Below are positions 30,172 through 39,328 of a DNA stretch of 64,000 bases, in pieces. The stretch is from Spirochaetia bacterium. GTDB taxonomy: Bacteria > Spirochaetota > Spirochaetia > UBA9216. The translations under genes and the position numbers were made by a program. The notes under the pieces are model-generated. The model searched no databases and was not told where the DNA came from. It saw only the letters and a program-made list of their open reading frames with translations. The stretch's first letter is position 1; each line of letters opens with the position of its first letter. The stretch is from positions 1,504,001-1,568,000 of the forward strand of contig OY776510.1 of NCBI GenBank assembly GCA_963675665.1, in the 5' to 3' direction.

Positions 30172-30802
30172 ACTTGACAAAGGTCTCCTGGAACTTGAAA
30201 TAAATCCTGCCGATTTGCAGTACAGCAGGCTTAAGGCTTACATCTCGGAGCTCGAGACCTGGAATACCCGTCTTAACCTTGTTTCGTATAGAAACACGGA
30301 AGAGCTTGTCGTCAGACATATACTTGACTGCCTTGCCGGTTTGAGCATTATCAGGGAGCTTAAAGGAGTTTCTGTCGCAGATATCGGCTCGGGAGCGGGG
30401 TTGCCGGGTCTTCTTCTGGCTATTTTCCTTGAGGACAGGGAGTTCTCGCTTTTGGAACGTTCCGGGAAAAAGGCAGGCTTTTTACGGGCTGCATCGGCCC
30501 TGCTGGGGCTGGTGGACAGGGTTAAGGTTGTCGAAAAAGATTTGCGTAATTTTAAAGGCAGTTTTGATATTGTAACTATGCGGGCTTTCCGCGAATTCGG
30601 CGAGTTTATTATGCCCCTGCGCATGATTACAAGCGATACCGGCACAATTGCCGCTTACAAGGGCCGGCTGGATTCGATTAACGGGGATTTGAAAAATGCA
30701 AAACTCGAGTTGGAATCAGTTGTTATTAAGAAAATTACCGTGCCGTTTCTGGACGAGGAACGGAATATGGTCCTTGTTCCCCAAAGGCACCGCTCAGCCT
30801 GA
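30158..30802 (+). CDS. rsmG: 16S rRNA m7G527 methyltransferase RsmG (GidB)
   Basis: WN..LNL, RHILD, DIGSGAGLPG, RAF; directly follows mnmG. Confidence 0.95.
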   Translation: MRMDKLDKGLLELEINPADLQYSRLKAYISELETWNTRLNLVSYRNTEELVVRHILDCLAGLSIIRELKGVSVADIGSGAGLPGLLLAIFLEDREFSLLERSGKKAGFLRAASALLGLVDRVKVVEKDLRNFKGSFDIVTMRAFREFGEFIMPLRMITSDTGTIAAYKGRLDSINGDLKNAKLELESVVIKKITVPFLDEERNMVLVPQRHRSA

Positions 30803-32164
30803 AGTGTCTATTTTCTTCATGAGATCAATAAGTTCTTCTTTTTCAAGCAGATCTATCAGTCTTGCTTCAACAAATGACTTGGCTCCCATGGAAAAAGAGC
30901 CTGCTGTTATGCAGAAGCCCCTTCCGGCTTTAACTTCCTTGATTCTGCCGTAGAGATCCCGTACAATCAGTTCTCCGACCTGTCCGTTTGATCTGATGAA
31001 TCTGAATATTACAATGTCTTCCCATTTTGCCGAACTGACTTCTACGATCATGTCAATGTAATCATTTTGCGGGGTAGACACCTCGAGCACCTTGATTCTG
31101 GTTTTGGGAAACATTAATGAGATTATCTTGCGGCACATGCTTATAAAGCGGCCCTTGTCTCCCATAAGAAAGATTTTCAGATTGAGATTGGAATCAAGTT
31201 CTCCATAACGTTTAAGAAGAGCTGCGGCATCCTTGTAGTTCTGATTATTTGCTACAATATCTTCAAGCGGGGGTATGGCGTTCGATATTTTTTCAGCCTT
31301 TATATAGCAGCTTGCAAGCCGGTACTTTAACTCAAGCTGCATTTCCATTTTCAGGCCGGGGTTTTTTAATCCGAGTTCAAAGTACATGGCTGCCTGATCA
31401 TAATTCCGGAATTTCATCGAAATTGTGCCGGAATATATGCATGCATGACCGCCGTACCTGGAATCGGTTCTAAGTACGGAAAAGGTTTTCAGCGCTGCAT
31501 CCGACTGTCCGAGATTATACAGGCATTCGCCGAGCGCGAAAGTAAGCTCTTTGTTTTCTGCATCCAGAGTCAGGGCCTTTTTGATCGTATCGGCCGCATC
31601 ATTAAATTTATTCATTTTGTACAGACTCAGTCCCAGATATTTGTAGGTCGAAACGTCATCGGATTTCTGGTTTCTTGCCTGACTAAGGAATGCGGCGGCT
31701 TTTTCATAGTTTTTTCTCATGTATTCCAGATAGCCGAGATTGTAATTTACAATGAAAATATCGGAGTTGACTGATCTGGCCAGCATGAAGCTTTTATATG
31801 CTGCCTTATACTGTTTGATATTGATGGCGCTTATTGCATGACGAAGGGTGATTTCAAATTCATTAAGGTCGTTGTCAGTTGCGCATAATTGAAGCAGAAT
31901 ATCATAGAGTTTACAGGATTTATCGTAATTTTTTTCGTTATAATGGAGATCTGCAAGGTACAGCAGGGCTGCCGGATCCTTGGGGTTTTGTGCCAGACGC
32001 CTGTTTGCTTCTTTAATTACTGCATTACGATCTGTAGCTCTTGCCTTTTCAAGTTTTGAGTTAGATTTAGAATTCTTTCTACCTTTTATGACGATTACGA
32101 CGATAATAATAGCAACAATAGATGCAATAATAGGGATGACTGCATAAGATTCCAATACGAGCAT
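30794..32164 (-). CDS. Membrane-anchored TPR protein with C-terminal Mrr-like (restriction-endonuclease-fold) domain
   Basis: N-terminal TM; many TPR repeats; VGELIVRDLYG..GFCITAGSFS..A..IDL is Mrr_cat-like. Confidence 0.8.
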   Translation of the reverse strand: MLVLESYAVIPIIASIVAIIIVVIVIKGRKNSKSNSKLEKARATDRNAVIKEANRRLAQNPKDPAALLYLADLHYNEKNYDKSCKLYDILLQLCATDNDLNEFEITLRHAISAINIKQYKAAYKSFMLARSVNSDIFIVNYNLGYLEYMRKNYEKAAAFLSQARNQKSDDVSTYKYLGLSLYKMNKFNDAADTIKKALTLDAENKELTFALGECLYNLGQSDAALKTFSVLRTDSRYGGHACIYSGTISMKFRNYDQAAMYFELGLKNPGLKMEMQLELKYRLASCYIKAEKISNAIPPLEDIVANNQNYKDAAALLKRYGELDSNLNLKIFLMGDKGRFISMCRKIISLMFPKTRIKVLEVSTPQNDYIDMIVEVSSAKWEDIVIFRFIRSNGQVGELIVRDLYGRIKEVKAGRGFCITAGSFSMGAKSFVEARLIDLLEKEELIDLMKKIDTSG

Positions 32165-32259
32165 GGTTCATTATTGTGTTTGCTAAAGTAAATGTCAAGT
32201 TGATAAAAATTATTGACAAAATATTTAGCGGGTAATACGTTTAGTATAGAGGTAAAGAA

Positions 32260-33588
32260 ATGGATAATTCTACAATAGGTATAAAAATAGCAGACGGTAC
32301 TTTTTTTCCTGTTATTGAGGAAGACAGCAGGAAGAAAAAAAGGCTCGTCCTAACCACTGTGAATGATGATCAGGGTAGTGTCCAGATAGATCTCTATAAA
32401 GGTTCAGGAAAAGAAATAGCGGATGCCTCCTATATCGGAAGTCTCGTTATTGAGGATATTATGCCTGCAATGAAAGGAGAACCGGAGATTGAGCTGATAG
32501 TCGGTGTAGATGAAGACGGAAATCTGAACGCTGTGGCCGGAGATGCAGGCTCGGATGATAAACAGAGTTTAAGCGTCAGTCTTGAATCTCTGGGAGAAGA
32601 CAGCTTTTCAACTCCGAATTTCGAAATAGATGATAATGCTTTTGATGAATTGTCCGGCGAGGAAACGGCTGAAGAAGATTTCAGTCTGGACGGCCTGGAT
32701 GACGATTTCGATGAAGAATCATTAACAGAAGAAGAACTTCCGGAGATGGGTGAAACGGAAGAGGATGAATCAGTTTTTGATGATGTTCCGTCATTTGAAG
32801 AAGAACAGGATCTGGGAGATTTGCCGGCACTGGATGAAGAGTCCGGTTTTGATGAAAATATGTCATTTGAGGAAGATTCTTCCTTTGAAGATGAGTTCAG
32901 CTTTGATGAGGAATCAGGCTTTGATGAGGAATCAGGCTTTGATGAGGATTCAGGCTTTGATGAGGAATCAGGCTTCGATGAGGAATCAGGCTTCGATGAG
33001 GATTCAGAGTACGATGAGGATTCAGAGTACGACGACGGGGACACAGGCTATGATGACGAGGAGCCGGGATATGCCTCATCAGATCAGAGGGATTATGTTT
33101 CTGCCGGGGCGAAGAAGCGCAGCCCGCTTGCATTGATAGTAATCATTATTCTTGTACTGGCTATTCTCGGTGTTGGGGCCTTCTTTATAATACGCAGTCT
33201 GAACGGCGATACCGTTCCTCCGCTTGAAGCTGAAAAATCTGCTTCAGGAGATGTAGAGATGAGTGTTGAAGCTGAACCCCAGCCTGAGGTTGAGAGTGTT
33301 TCTCCTGCAGAGCCGGAACCTCAGGTGGAGGAGGTGACTCTTGCAGAGCCTGAACCGCCGGCTGTAAGCGAAACTGTCGATACGCCCCGAACCATGTATG
33401 ATCAGGTTCCTCCTGCAGGCCATGGCGGAGGGGTCTGGTATCGCCTGAAGTGGGGCGATACTTTGTGGGATTTGTCCAATTCTTTCTATCGGACACCATG
33501 GCTTTACGGTCTTATTGCAGTTGAAAACAATATTAAAAATCCTGATATTATTTATGCAGGAAGCGATATAATTATTCCTGAAAATTAA
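32260..33588 (+). CDS. Hsp70 substrate-binding-like domain / acidic repeats / TM / LysM protein
   Basis: N-terminus resembles DnaK SBD-beta (TTVNDDQGSVQIDLYKG..KGEPEIEL..VDEDGNL); one TM; C-terminal LysM YRLKWGDTLWDLS..IKNPDIIYAG. Confidence 0.85.
   Translation: MDNSTIGIKIADGTFFPVIEEDSRKKKRLVLTTVNDDQGSVQIDLYKGSGKEIADASYIGSLVIEDIMPAMKGEPEIELIVGVDEDGNLNAVAGDAGSDDKQSLSVSLESLGEDSFSTPNFEIDDNAFDELSGEETAEEDFSLDGLDDDFDEESLTEEELPEMGETEEDESVFDDVPSFEEEQDLGDLPALDEESGFDENMSFEEDSSFEDEFSFDEESGFDEESGFDEDSGFDEESGFDEESGFDEDSEYDEDSEYDDGDTGYDDEEPGYASSDQRDYVSAGAKKRSPLALIVIIILVLAILGVGAFFIIRSLNGDTVPPLEAEKSASGDVEMSVEAEPQPEVESVSPAEPEPQVEEVTLAEPEPPAVSETVDTPRTMYDQVPPAGHGGGVWYRLKWGDTLWDLSNSFYRTPWLYGLIAVENNIKNPDIIYAGSDIIIPEN
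32902..33027 (+). repeat. Intragenic 18-bp tandem repeat, 7 copies (FDEESG/YDEDSE)
   Basis: TTTGATGAGGAATCAGGC units with few substitutions. Confidence 0.95.
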
Positions 33589-33610
33589 ATAAAACTGTAT
33601 ACTCAATTCC

Positions 33611-35665
33611 ATGCGTCAGATCAGGTTCCTCTCTGTTGTTTCAACAATAGTGTTATTTTTATTAAGCTGTAGTCCTGAAGAACCGGACAGTATTTCGGTT
33701 GATGATTTTATGGAAATTCTCGAACAATCCATCTCCTCTGATAATTTATCGTCCGACAGGATTTCCGGGCTTGATCCGTATGAATCGTATTTTATTGCGC
33801 GCAAAGCGGAAACCTGCGGTTATCAGGATGTGTCGATTGCCCTGGCAGAGCATTGCATGAAAAACAGTCGCGGTTTTATCGGAGCCAGGGCAGCGGAGCT
33901 TCTGATACGAATTTATACGGATAACGGCGATTATAAGGATGCCGAGTTTACAGCCAGCCTGGCTTCGGCTGAGTATCCGGATAATTATTCGTTTAAAAGA
34001 GCCGTGGTGGAGGCTGAATACCGGCAGCAGGAGGATTCGGCGGTAATTGACGGGATTAACGCATTACGGGTATTCGATGAGGCCGATACCGATTACGAAC
34101 TGGCCCTTTTTAAAGCGGTGGCGGCGTTCAGGCTGGGTTTACCGGACTGGAAGATTTCCTGGATAGAGCTTTTCACGGAAGTCCCGGCATCAGAGTTTAT
34201 TCTACGGGGCTGGGATTATCTGTCTGATAAAATTTATGAACCGACTTCGGAGTTCCCGGGATATGAAAATCTTGTAAAAGGCAAATATCTTTACTCTACC
34301 GGAAAAAAGAGGGAATCGGTTGAATATTTCAGAGCTTATGCGGAGAATATTACTTCGGTAGAGATAACGGAAGCTGTAATCGGCGATATTGAGAATGCTT
34401 TTGTCGGAACAGGACAAACTCTTAGGGGTGCGGTCCTGTTTGATGAAATGGGACGACAGTCCGGCGATTTAAGATGCCTGTTTGCTGCTGCGAGGTTGTA
34501 CCGCCGTTCAGGAAAGTATCCGGAGGCAGAAAAGTGTATGGAAGCAGTACTTGCCGGGTTTAATCAGGGAGAGATCCCGGATAGAGAGCTTTGGTATTCT
34601 CTTGATATCAGGATTCGGCGGAATCTGTCCGATGCTCTTAATGCGCTTGATTTCTATATTGAGCAGTGGACTGAACCGGAATTCTTTTCCGATTCGCTTG
34701 ATAATCTGTGTACCGGTCTGGTTCGAAGACGCAGATGGAATGATGTTGCCCGGCTTGCTGCAGCTTTGGAGCATAACGGGCCTGACGGGGTTTATGATCG
34801 CTGCAGATACATCAGTGAAAGGGCAGCCGAGTCCGGTTATCTGCCGGAACAGGAATTCAGCGCGCCGTACAGTGATCTTTATTATCGCATACTTTCCGGA
34901 GATGAACTGGAGGAGTTCGGTGACCCGGAAGCCGTTATCATTGCTGAATATAAACCGAGGAATGAAGCAGAGCTTTATATTAAAAAGCTTATCGATTATG
35001 AAGTTGGAAACATCCTTGATGAGGTGAAGTTATATCAGAAAAGTCTCTCGGAAGAATTTCTTGTTTATTGTGCCGAGAATATTTCGGGATACGGAAAAGC
35101 TCTTGATTCCATTCGTATTATGTATCAATATCAGGGAGATTATTCCGCCGTCGGTCTTGGTGCTGTATATCCCGATCTTTACAGGCAAGAAATAGAATCG
35201 GCAGCCGAACAGAACGGTATTCCGGTTCAGATAATGTTGGCGCTTGTATGGAAGGAAAGCGGGTTTGAAAGGGAAATTGTGTCGCGCTCGGGCGCAGTAG
35301 GTTTAAGCCAGCTTATGCCGTCCACTGCTGATGATGTAGCCCGCAGGATCGGGACAAGCGTTTCTGATTTATCGGATCCGTATGAAAATCTTTCACTCGG
35401 AAGCTGGTATCTTGCCTGGCTTAAAGGCTATGTTGGAAATACCGCTTCAGCTGTGCTATCCTATAATGGCGGCCCCGGGCGGGTAAAGGGATGGATGAAA
35501 CAGTACGGGGATCTGCCGGACGATCTTTTTTATGAGATAATACCGGTGCCGGAGACGCACCAATACGGTAAAAAGGTACTGACTGCTTCCGTATTATACG
35601 GTTTGTTATATTACGGTATTGAACCGCAACAGACTCTGAAATTATTTTTTACAGAGAATAATTGA
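33611..35665 (+). CDS. Soluble lytic transglycosylase lipoprotein (TPR + SLT)
   Basis: Lipobox LLSC; KESGF, GAVGLSQLMPSTA, SYNGGPG, ET..Y. Confidence 0.93.
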   Translation: MRQIRFLSVVSTIVLFLLSCSPEEPDSISVDDFMEILEQSISSDNLSSDRISGLDPYESYFIARKAETCGYQDVSIALAEHCMKNSRGFIGARAAELLIRIYTDNGDYKDAEFTASLASAEYPDNYSFKRAVVEAEYRQQEDSAVIDGINALRVFDEADTDYELALFKAVAAFRLGLPDWKISWIELFTEVPASEFILRGWDYLSDKIYEPTSEFPGYENLVKGKYLYSTGKKRESVEYFRAYAENITSVEITEAVIGDIENAFVGTGQTLRGAVLFDEMGRQSGDLRCLFAAARLYRRSGKYPEAEKCMEAVLAGFNQGEIPDRELWYSLDIRIRRNLSDALNALDFYIEQWTEPEFFSDSLDNLCTGLVRRRRWNDVARLAAALEHNGPDGVYDRCRYISERAAESGYLPEQEFSAPYSDLYYRILSGDELEEFGDPEAVIIAEYKPRNEAELYIKKLIDYEVGNILDEVKLYQKSLSEEFLVYCAENISGYGKALDSIRIMYQYQGDYSAVGLGAVYPDLYRQEIESAAEQNGIPVQIMLALVWKESGFEREIVSRSGAVGLSQLMPSTADDVARRIGTSVSDLSDPYENLSLGSWYLAWLKGYVGNTASAVLSYNGGPGRVKGWMKQYGDLPDDLFYEIIPVPETHQYGKKVLTASVLYGLLYYGIEPQQTLKLFFTENN

Positions 35666-35764
35666 GGGGACTTCTGAAACTGAAGTTTTCCTTAGAAATT
35701 ATACAGGAATGTGCAATCGGATTTTAAAATATATGCTTTCATGGCTACATTTTCGGGAGGAAAT

Positions 35765-36562
35765 ATGACATATCTGCAATCTGTTTTTCTGGGAGTTCTT
35801 CAGGGAATAGCGGAATTCTTGCCTGTATCGAGTTCAGGACACCTTGTAGTTTTCAGAAATTTTATGAATCTGGGTGAAGTGCCGGTACTTTTTGACGTTC
35901 TGCTTCATTTGTCCACTCTTATAGTGGTCATCATTGTGTTCAGAAATACAATATGGGATCTGTTGAAATCACTCGGTCGTTTTCTTGCCCGCAGGGTTGA
36001 GGAAGAAGACAGGGCCAATCTGAGAATTATTCTTGTTATTCTCGGCGCAAGTTTTATTACAGCTGTTCTCGGGTTTTTTATTGAATCTTTAGACGTGGCG
36101 CAAAAACCCAAGTTTGTTTCCCTCCTCTTTCTCGGTACTGCAGCAGTGCTTTTATGTACCCGTTTTATTAAAACAAAAGAAACCGGATATAAGGGCGCCG
36201 GGGTTAAAACTGCCTTGATAACCGGACTTGCGCAGGGCATTGCCGTTTTACCCGGAATATCACGCTCCGGAATGACTATATCCGCATCGCTTTTTGCGGG
36301 TATCGGAAAGGAAAAAGCTGGTGAATATTCATTTATCCTCTCTATTCCGGCTATTGCAGGCGCAATTCTTCTTGAAATGCGTGATCTTGACGTCCTGGGC
36401 AGCACGGTTTCCCCTGCTGTTCTGACAGCCGGAATGGCTGCCGCCTTCATCACAGGAATGGTTTCCATTCTGTTTCTTTTAAGATTGATTAAACGGGAAA
36501 GACTTCATCTTTTCAGTTTTTACCTGATACCGTTCGGGATCTTCTCTTTTATTGTGTTATAA
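35765..36562 (+). CDS. uppP: Undecaprenyl-diphosphate phosphatase
   Basis: QGIAEFLPVSSSGHL, PGISRSG; ATG35765 with GGGAGG SD. Confidence 0.96.
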   Translation: MTYLQSVFLGVLQGIAEFLPVSSSGHLVVFRNFMNLGEVPVLFDVLLHLSTLIVVIIVFRNTIWDLLKSLGRFLARRVEEEDRANLRIILVILGASFITAVLGFFIESLDVAQKPKFVSLLFLGTAAVLLCTRFIKTKETGYKGAGVKTALITGLAQGIAVLPGISRSGMTISASLFAGIGKEKAGEYSFILSIPAIAGAILLEMRDLDVLGSTVSPAVLTAGMAAAFITGMVSILFLLRLIKRERLHLFSFYLIPFGIFSFIVL

Positions 36563-36640
36563 GTTATGCAAAGCTGCTAAAATCGCCGGGATTTATTCCG
36601 ATAATCAAAGGGAGAACTTATCGCCACTAAGGAGAGTGCT

Positions 36641-39328
36641 TTGAATAAAAGAGCCTTAAGGCTTATCGCTGCTTTGATCATTGCAGCAGCGGGATTGTAT
36701 CTGCTTATAGTTTTACTTAATTCTATGAGACCGGTTTTCCAGACGGGAATATTGTTAATTCCGGGACGGTTTCTTTACCTCAGTTTTCTTGAAGCCTCCT
36801 TCTATCTTCCTTTATTGTTTCTGATCAGCAGTTTTTTGCTGTTTGCCGACTATTATAACAGCAGAATATTTATAGTTAAGCTGCTGTCTCTGCTGCCGTT
36901 TTTTACCCTGTCCCTGTTGATGAGAGTGTTGAATTATATCCCGGGATCTCCGGCTGCTGATTCTGTTATCCGAACTCTCGGAGTAAGAGGCGGTTCCATG
37001 GTTTTAGGGCTTCTTCTGATAGTTGAGTTCCTGATAATAACCAGGGTTTTGCTGGGACGGAGCAAAAAGGTGCCGACTGAACCGGTAAAACCCCGGATTG
37101 AAGAAGCGGCTTCCCCAGTTGCCGAACCGGAAAATGAAGAACCCGAACATAATTTTGAGCCTGTTCCGCTGAAATGGAAAGACTCTGAAGATTTGGAAAA
37201 CATGGGGAAATATGAGTCTGATGCAGAAGAAGATCTTGAAGAAGATATTATCGATGAAGATCTTTCCGGGGATCACATCCCGGAGGTAGAGGAAATCAGC
37301 CTTGAAGAGATTGACTCGCCGGAGTCTGAAGAAGAAGAGGTTGAGGACAATTCCGGGCTTGTTGAGGATGATTTTGAGATTGAACCCGACTTTTCAGACG
37401 AGCAGCAGATAATTGAACCTCTTGATCTTGATCCTGAAGCAGGAAGCATAGAGCACTCAGCTGAAACCGCTTCGGCTGATGCAGTTAGACCTCCGGGAGA
37501 TGAGAATTTCCCGGATGCTCCCGTTCGCGGAGACGAGGAAGAAAATACAAATGCCGCCAGAGAGGTTTGGGCGGATGCAGAGCAATTGGGTTTTGTAGAT
37601 GAATTGCCCGGGAACAGCCGGATTGAACCTGTTTCCGATCCGCAGGCTCTGCCGTCTGATGACTCAACCGATGATTTTAAGCTTGAGCTTGAAACAGGGG
37701 CGGCAAAGCTTGAAGTGCCTGTACTTTCCGTCGAACCGGATTCCGAATCTGTTGATGAGGATTTGGAAGATTTGGAAGATTTGGAAGAGCTGGAAGAAGC
37801 TGATAGTGATCCCGGGGAGGCAGACCCGGACCCTCAATTGGAGCCGGACTCAGTTCCGGCAAAGCCTGAGATTCCTGAACCGGTAAAAAGCAAAAAGAAG
37901 AAATCCGTTAAATATTCAGTTCCGGTTGATAATCTTCTTGAACGATATGATGATGACAACTACTGGATTGTTGATGATGAAACCAGAGAGGCGTCCGAGG
38001 TCCTAAGGGAAACTCTTGAAGAGTTTAAAATAGCTGCTGAAGTAACGGGAATAAGCAAAGGGCCGGTAATTACAATGTTTGAAATTCTTCCGGCGCCGGG
38101 AGTCAAACTTTCAAAGATAGTTAATCTTGCTGACAATATTGCTCTCCGGCTTGCTGCATCACGCGTCCGAATCGTAGCGCCGATTCCCGGAAAGCATGCG
38201 GTCGGAATAGAAGTCCCGAATAAAACCCGGGCAATAGTCTCATTCAAGGAGATACTTGACGAAGACAATCTTAAAAAATCCAGAATGGATATTCCGGTTG
38301 TACTCGGAAAAGATATAACCGGAGGTTCCAGGATAATAGATCTGGTCCAAACCCCGCATCTGCTGATAGCGGGCGCAACCGGATCAGGAAAATCAGTATG
38401 TGTTAATTCTCTTATCTGTTCCGTGCTTTATTCCAGAACTCCCGATGAAGTCAAAATGATTCTGATAGATCCGAAAATTGTTGAACTTAAGATGTATAAT
38501 AATATTCCGCATCTGCTTACGCCCGTGATTACCGAACCAAAACGGGCTTTTCAGGCTTTACAGTATGCCATGTGCGAGATGGAGCGCCGTTATTCGCTGC
38601 TTAATGCGCTTGGTGTGCGCGATATAAAATCTTACAACCGGAAGGTTCGGGACGGAAGGATTGCTACAGATTTACTTCCGTATATAGTAATAATTGTAGA
38701 TGAATTTGCGGACCTGATGGCAACCACAGGCAAGGAACTTGAAAATGTAATCTCAAGACTTGCAGCAATGAGCCGGGCTATAGGTATTCACCTGGTTCTT
38801 GCCACCCAAAGGCCTTCGGTTGATGTAATTACTGGCCTGATAAAAGCAAATATTCCGTCCAGAATTGCATTCATGGTTGCAAGTAAAACAGATTCAAGGA
38901 TTATTCTCGACAGTATGGGTGCGGACAAGCTTCTTGGTAAAGGCGATATGCTCTTCACCTCCGCATGGGATCCTAATCCCGTCAGAATTCAGGGGGCTTT
39001 TCTTTCCGATGACGAAGTTGAGCGGGTTACCGATCATGTTAAAACCCTCGGAGAGCCGGACTATATTGATGACGAGATTTTTATTTCTGAGGATGAAGGC
39101 GGTGATTTTGAACTGGAAAGCATGGGATCCGGCGATCCGCTGATGGATGCAGCTGTTTCAATTGTTGTGGAAGCCGGTAAGGCTTCAGCCTCCTATCTGC
39201 AGCGGCGGCTGAAGATAGGATACAACAGGGCTGCCAGAATGGTTGAAGAAATGGAAGACCGCGGAATTGTAGGCCCTGCAAACGGCAGCAAGCCTCGTGA
39301 AATTATTCATATACCTGATCGAGTTTAA
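36641..39328 (+). CDS. ftsK: DNA translocase FtsK
   Basis: N-terminal TMs, acidic linker, AGATGSGKS, IDPK, VDEFAD, ATQRPS, gamma domain LQRRLKIGYNRAAR. Confidence 0.97.
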   Translation: MNKRALRLIAALIIAAAGLYLLIVLLNSMRPVFQTGILLIPGRFLYLSFLEASFYLPLLFLISSFLLFADYYNSRIFIVKLLSLLPFFTLSLLMRVLNYIPGSPAADSVIRTLGVRGGSMVLGLLLIVEFLIITRVLLGRSKKVPTEPVKPRIEEAASPVAEPENEEPEHNFEPVPLKWKDSEDLENMGKYESDAEEDLEEDIIDEDLSGDHIPEVEEISLEEIDSPESEEEEVEDNSGLVEDDFEIEPDFSDEQQIIEPLDLDPEAGSIEHSAETASADAVRPPGDENFPDAPVRGDEEENTNAAREVWADAEQLGFVDELPGNSRIEPVSDPQALPSDDSTDDFKLELETGAAKLEVPVLSVEPDSESVDEDLEDLEDLEELEEADSDPGEADPDPQLEPDSVPAKPEIPEPVKSKKKKSVKYSVPVDNLLERYDDDNYWIVDDETREASEVLRETLEEFKIAAEVTGISKGPVITMFEILPAPGVKLSKIVNLADNIALRLAASRVRIVAPIPGKHAVGIEVPNKTRAIVSFKEILDEDNLKKSRMDIPVVLGKDITGGSRIIDLVQTPHLLIAGATGSGKSVCVNSLICSVLYSRTPDEVKMILIDPKIVELKMYNNIPHLLTPVITEPKRAFQALQYAMCEMERRYSLLNALGVRDIKSYNRKVRDGRIATDLLPYIVIIVDEFADLMATTGKELENVISRLAAMSRAIGIHLVLATQRPSVDVITGLIKANIPSRIAFMVASKTDSRIILDSMGADKLLGKGDMLFTSAWDPNPVRIQGAFLSDDEVERVTDHVKTLGEPDYIDDEIFISEDEGGDFELESMGSGDPLMDAAVSIVVEAGKASASYLQRRLKIGYNRAARMVEEMEDRGIVGPANGSKPREIIHIPDRV
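37760..37795 (+). repeat. 9-bp tandem repeat (GATTTGGAA x3 plus one variant) in the FtsK linker
   Basis: Encodes DLEDLEDLEELE. Confidence 0.8.

Noticed and set aside
26904-30802. mnmE-mnmG-rsmG as a marker of oriC
   Set aside because: No dnaA, dnaN, parAB or DnaA-box cluster was seen, and the intergenic gaps are tiny
32430-33136. Ser-rich antisense ORF (32430-33044) and MRNQAL-repeat alternative frame (32750-33136)
   Set aside because: By-products of the 18-bp acidic coding repeat; the repeats have no spacers, so this is not CRISPR
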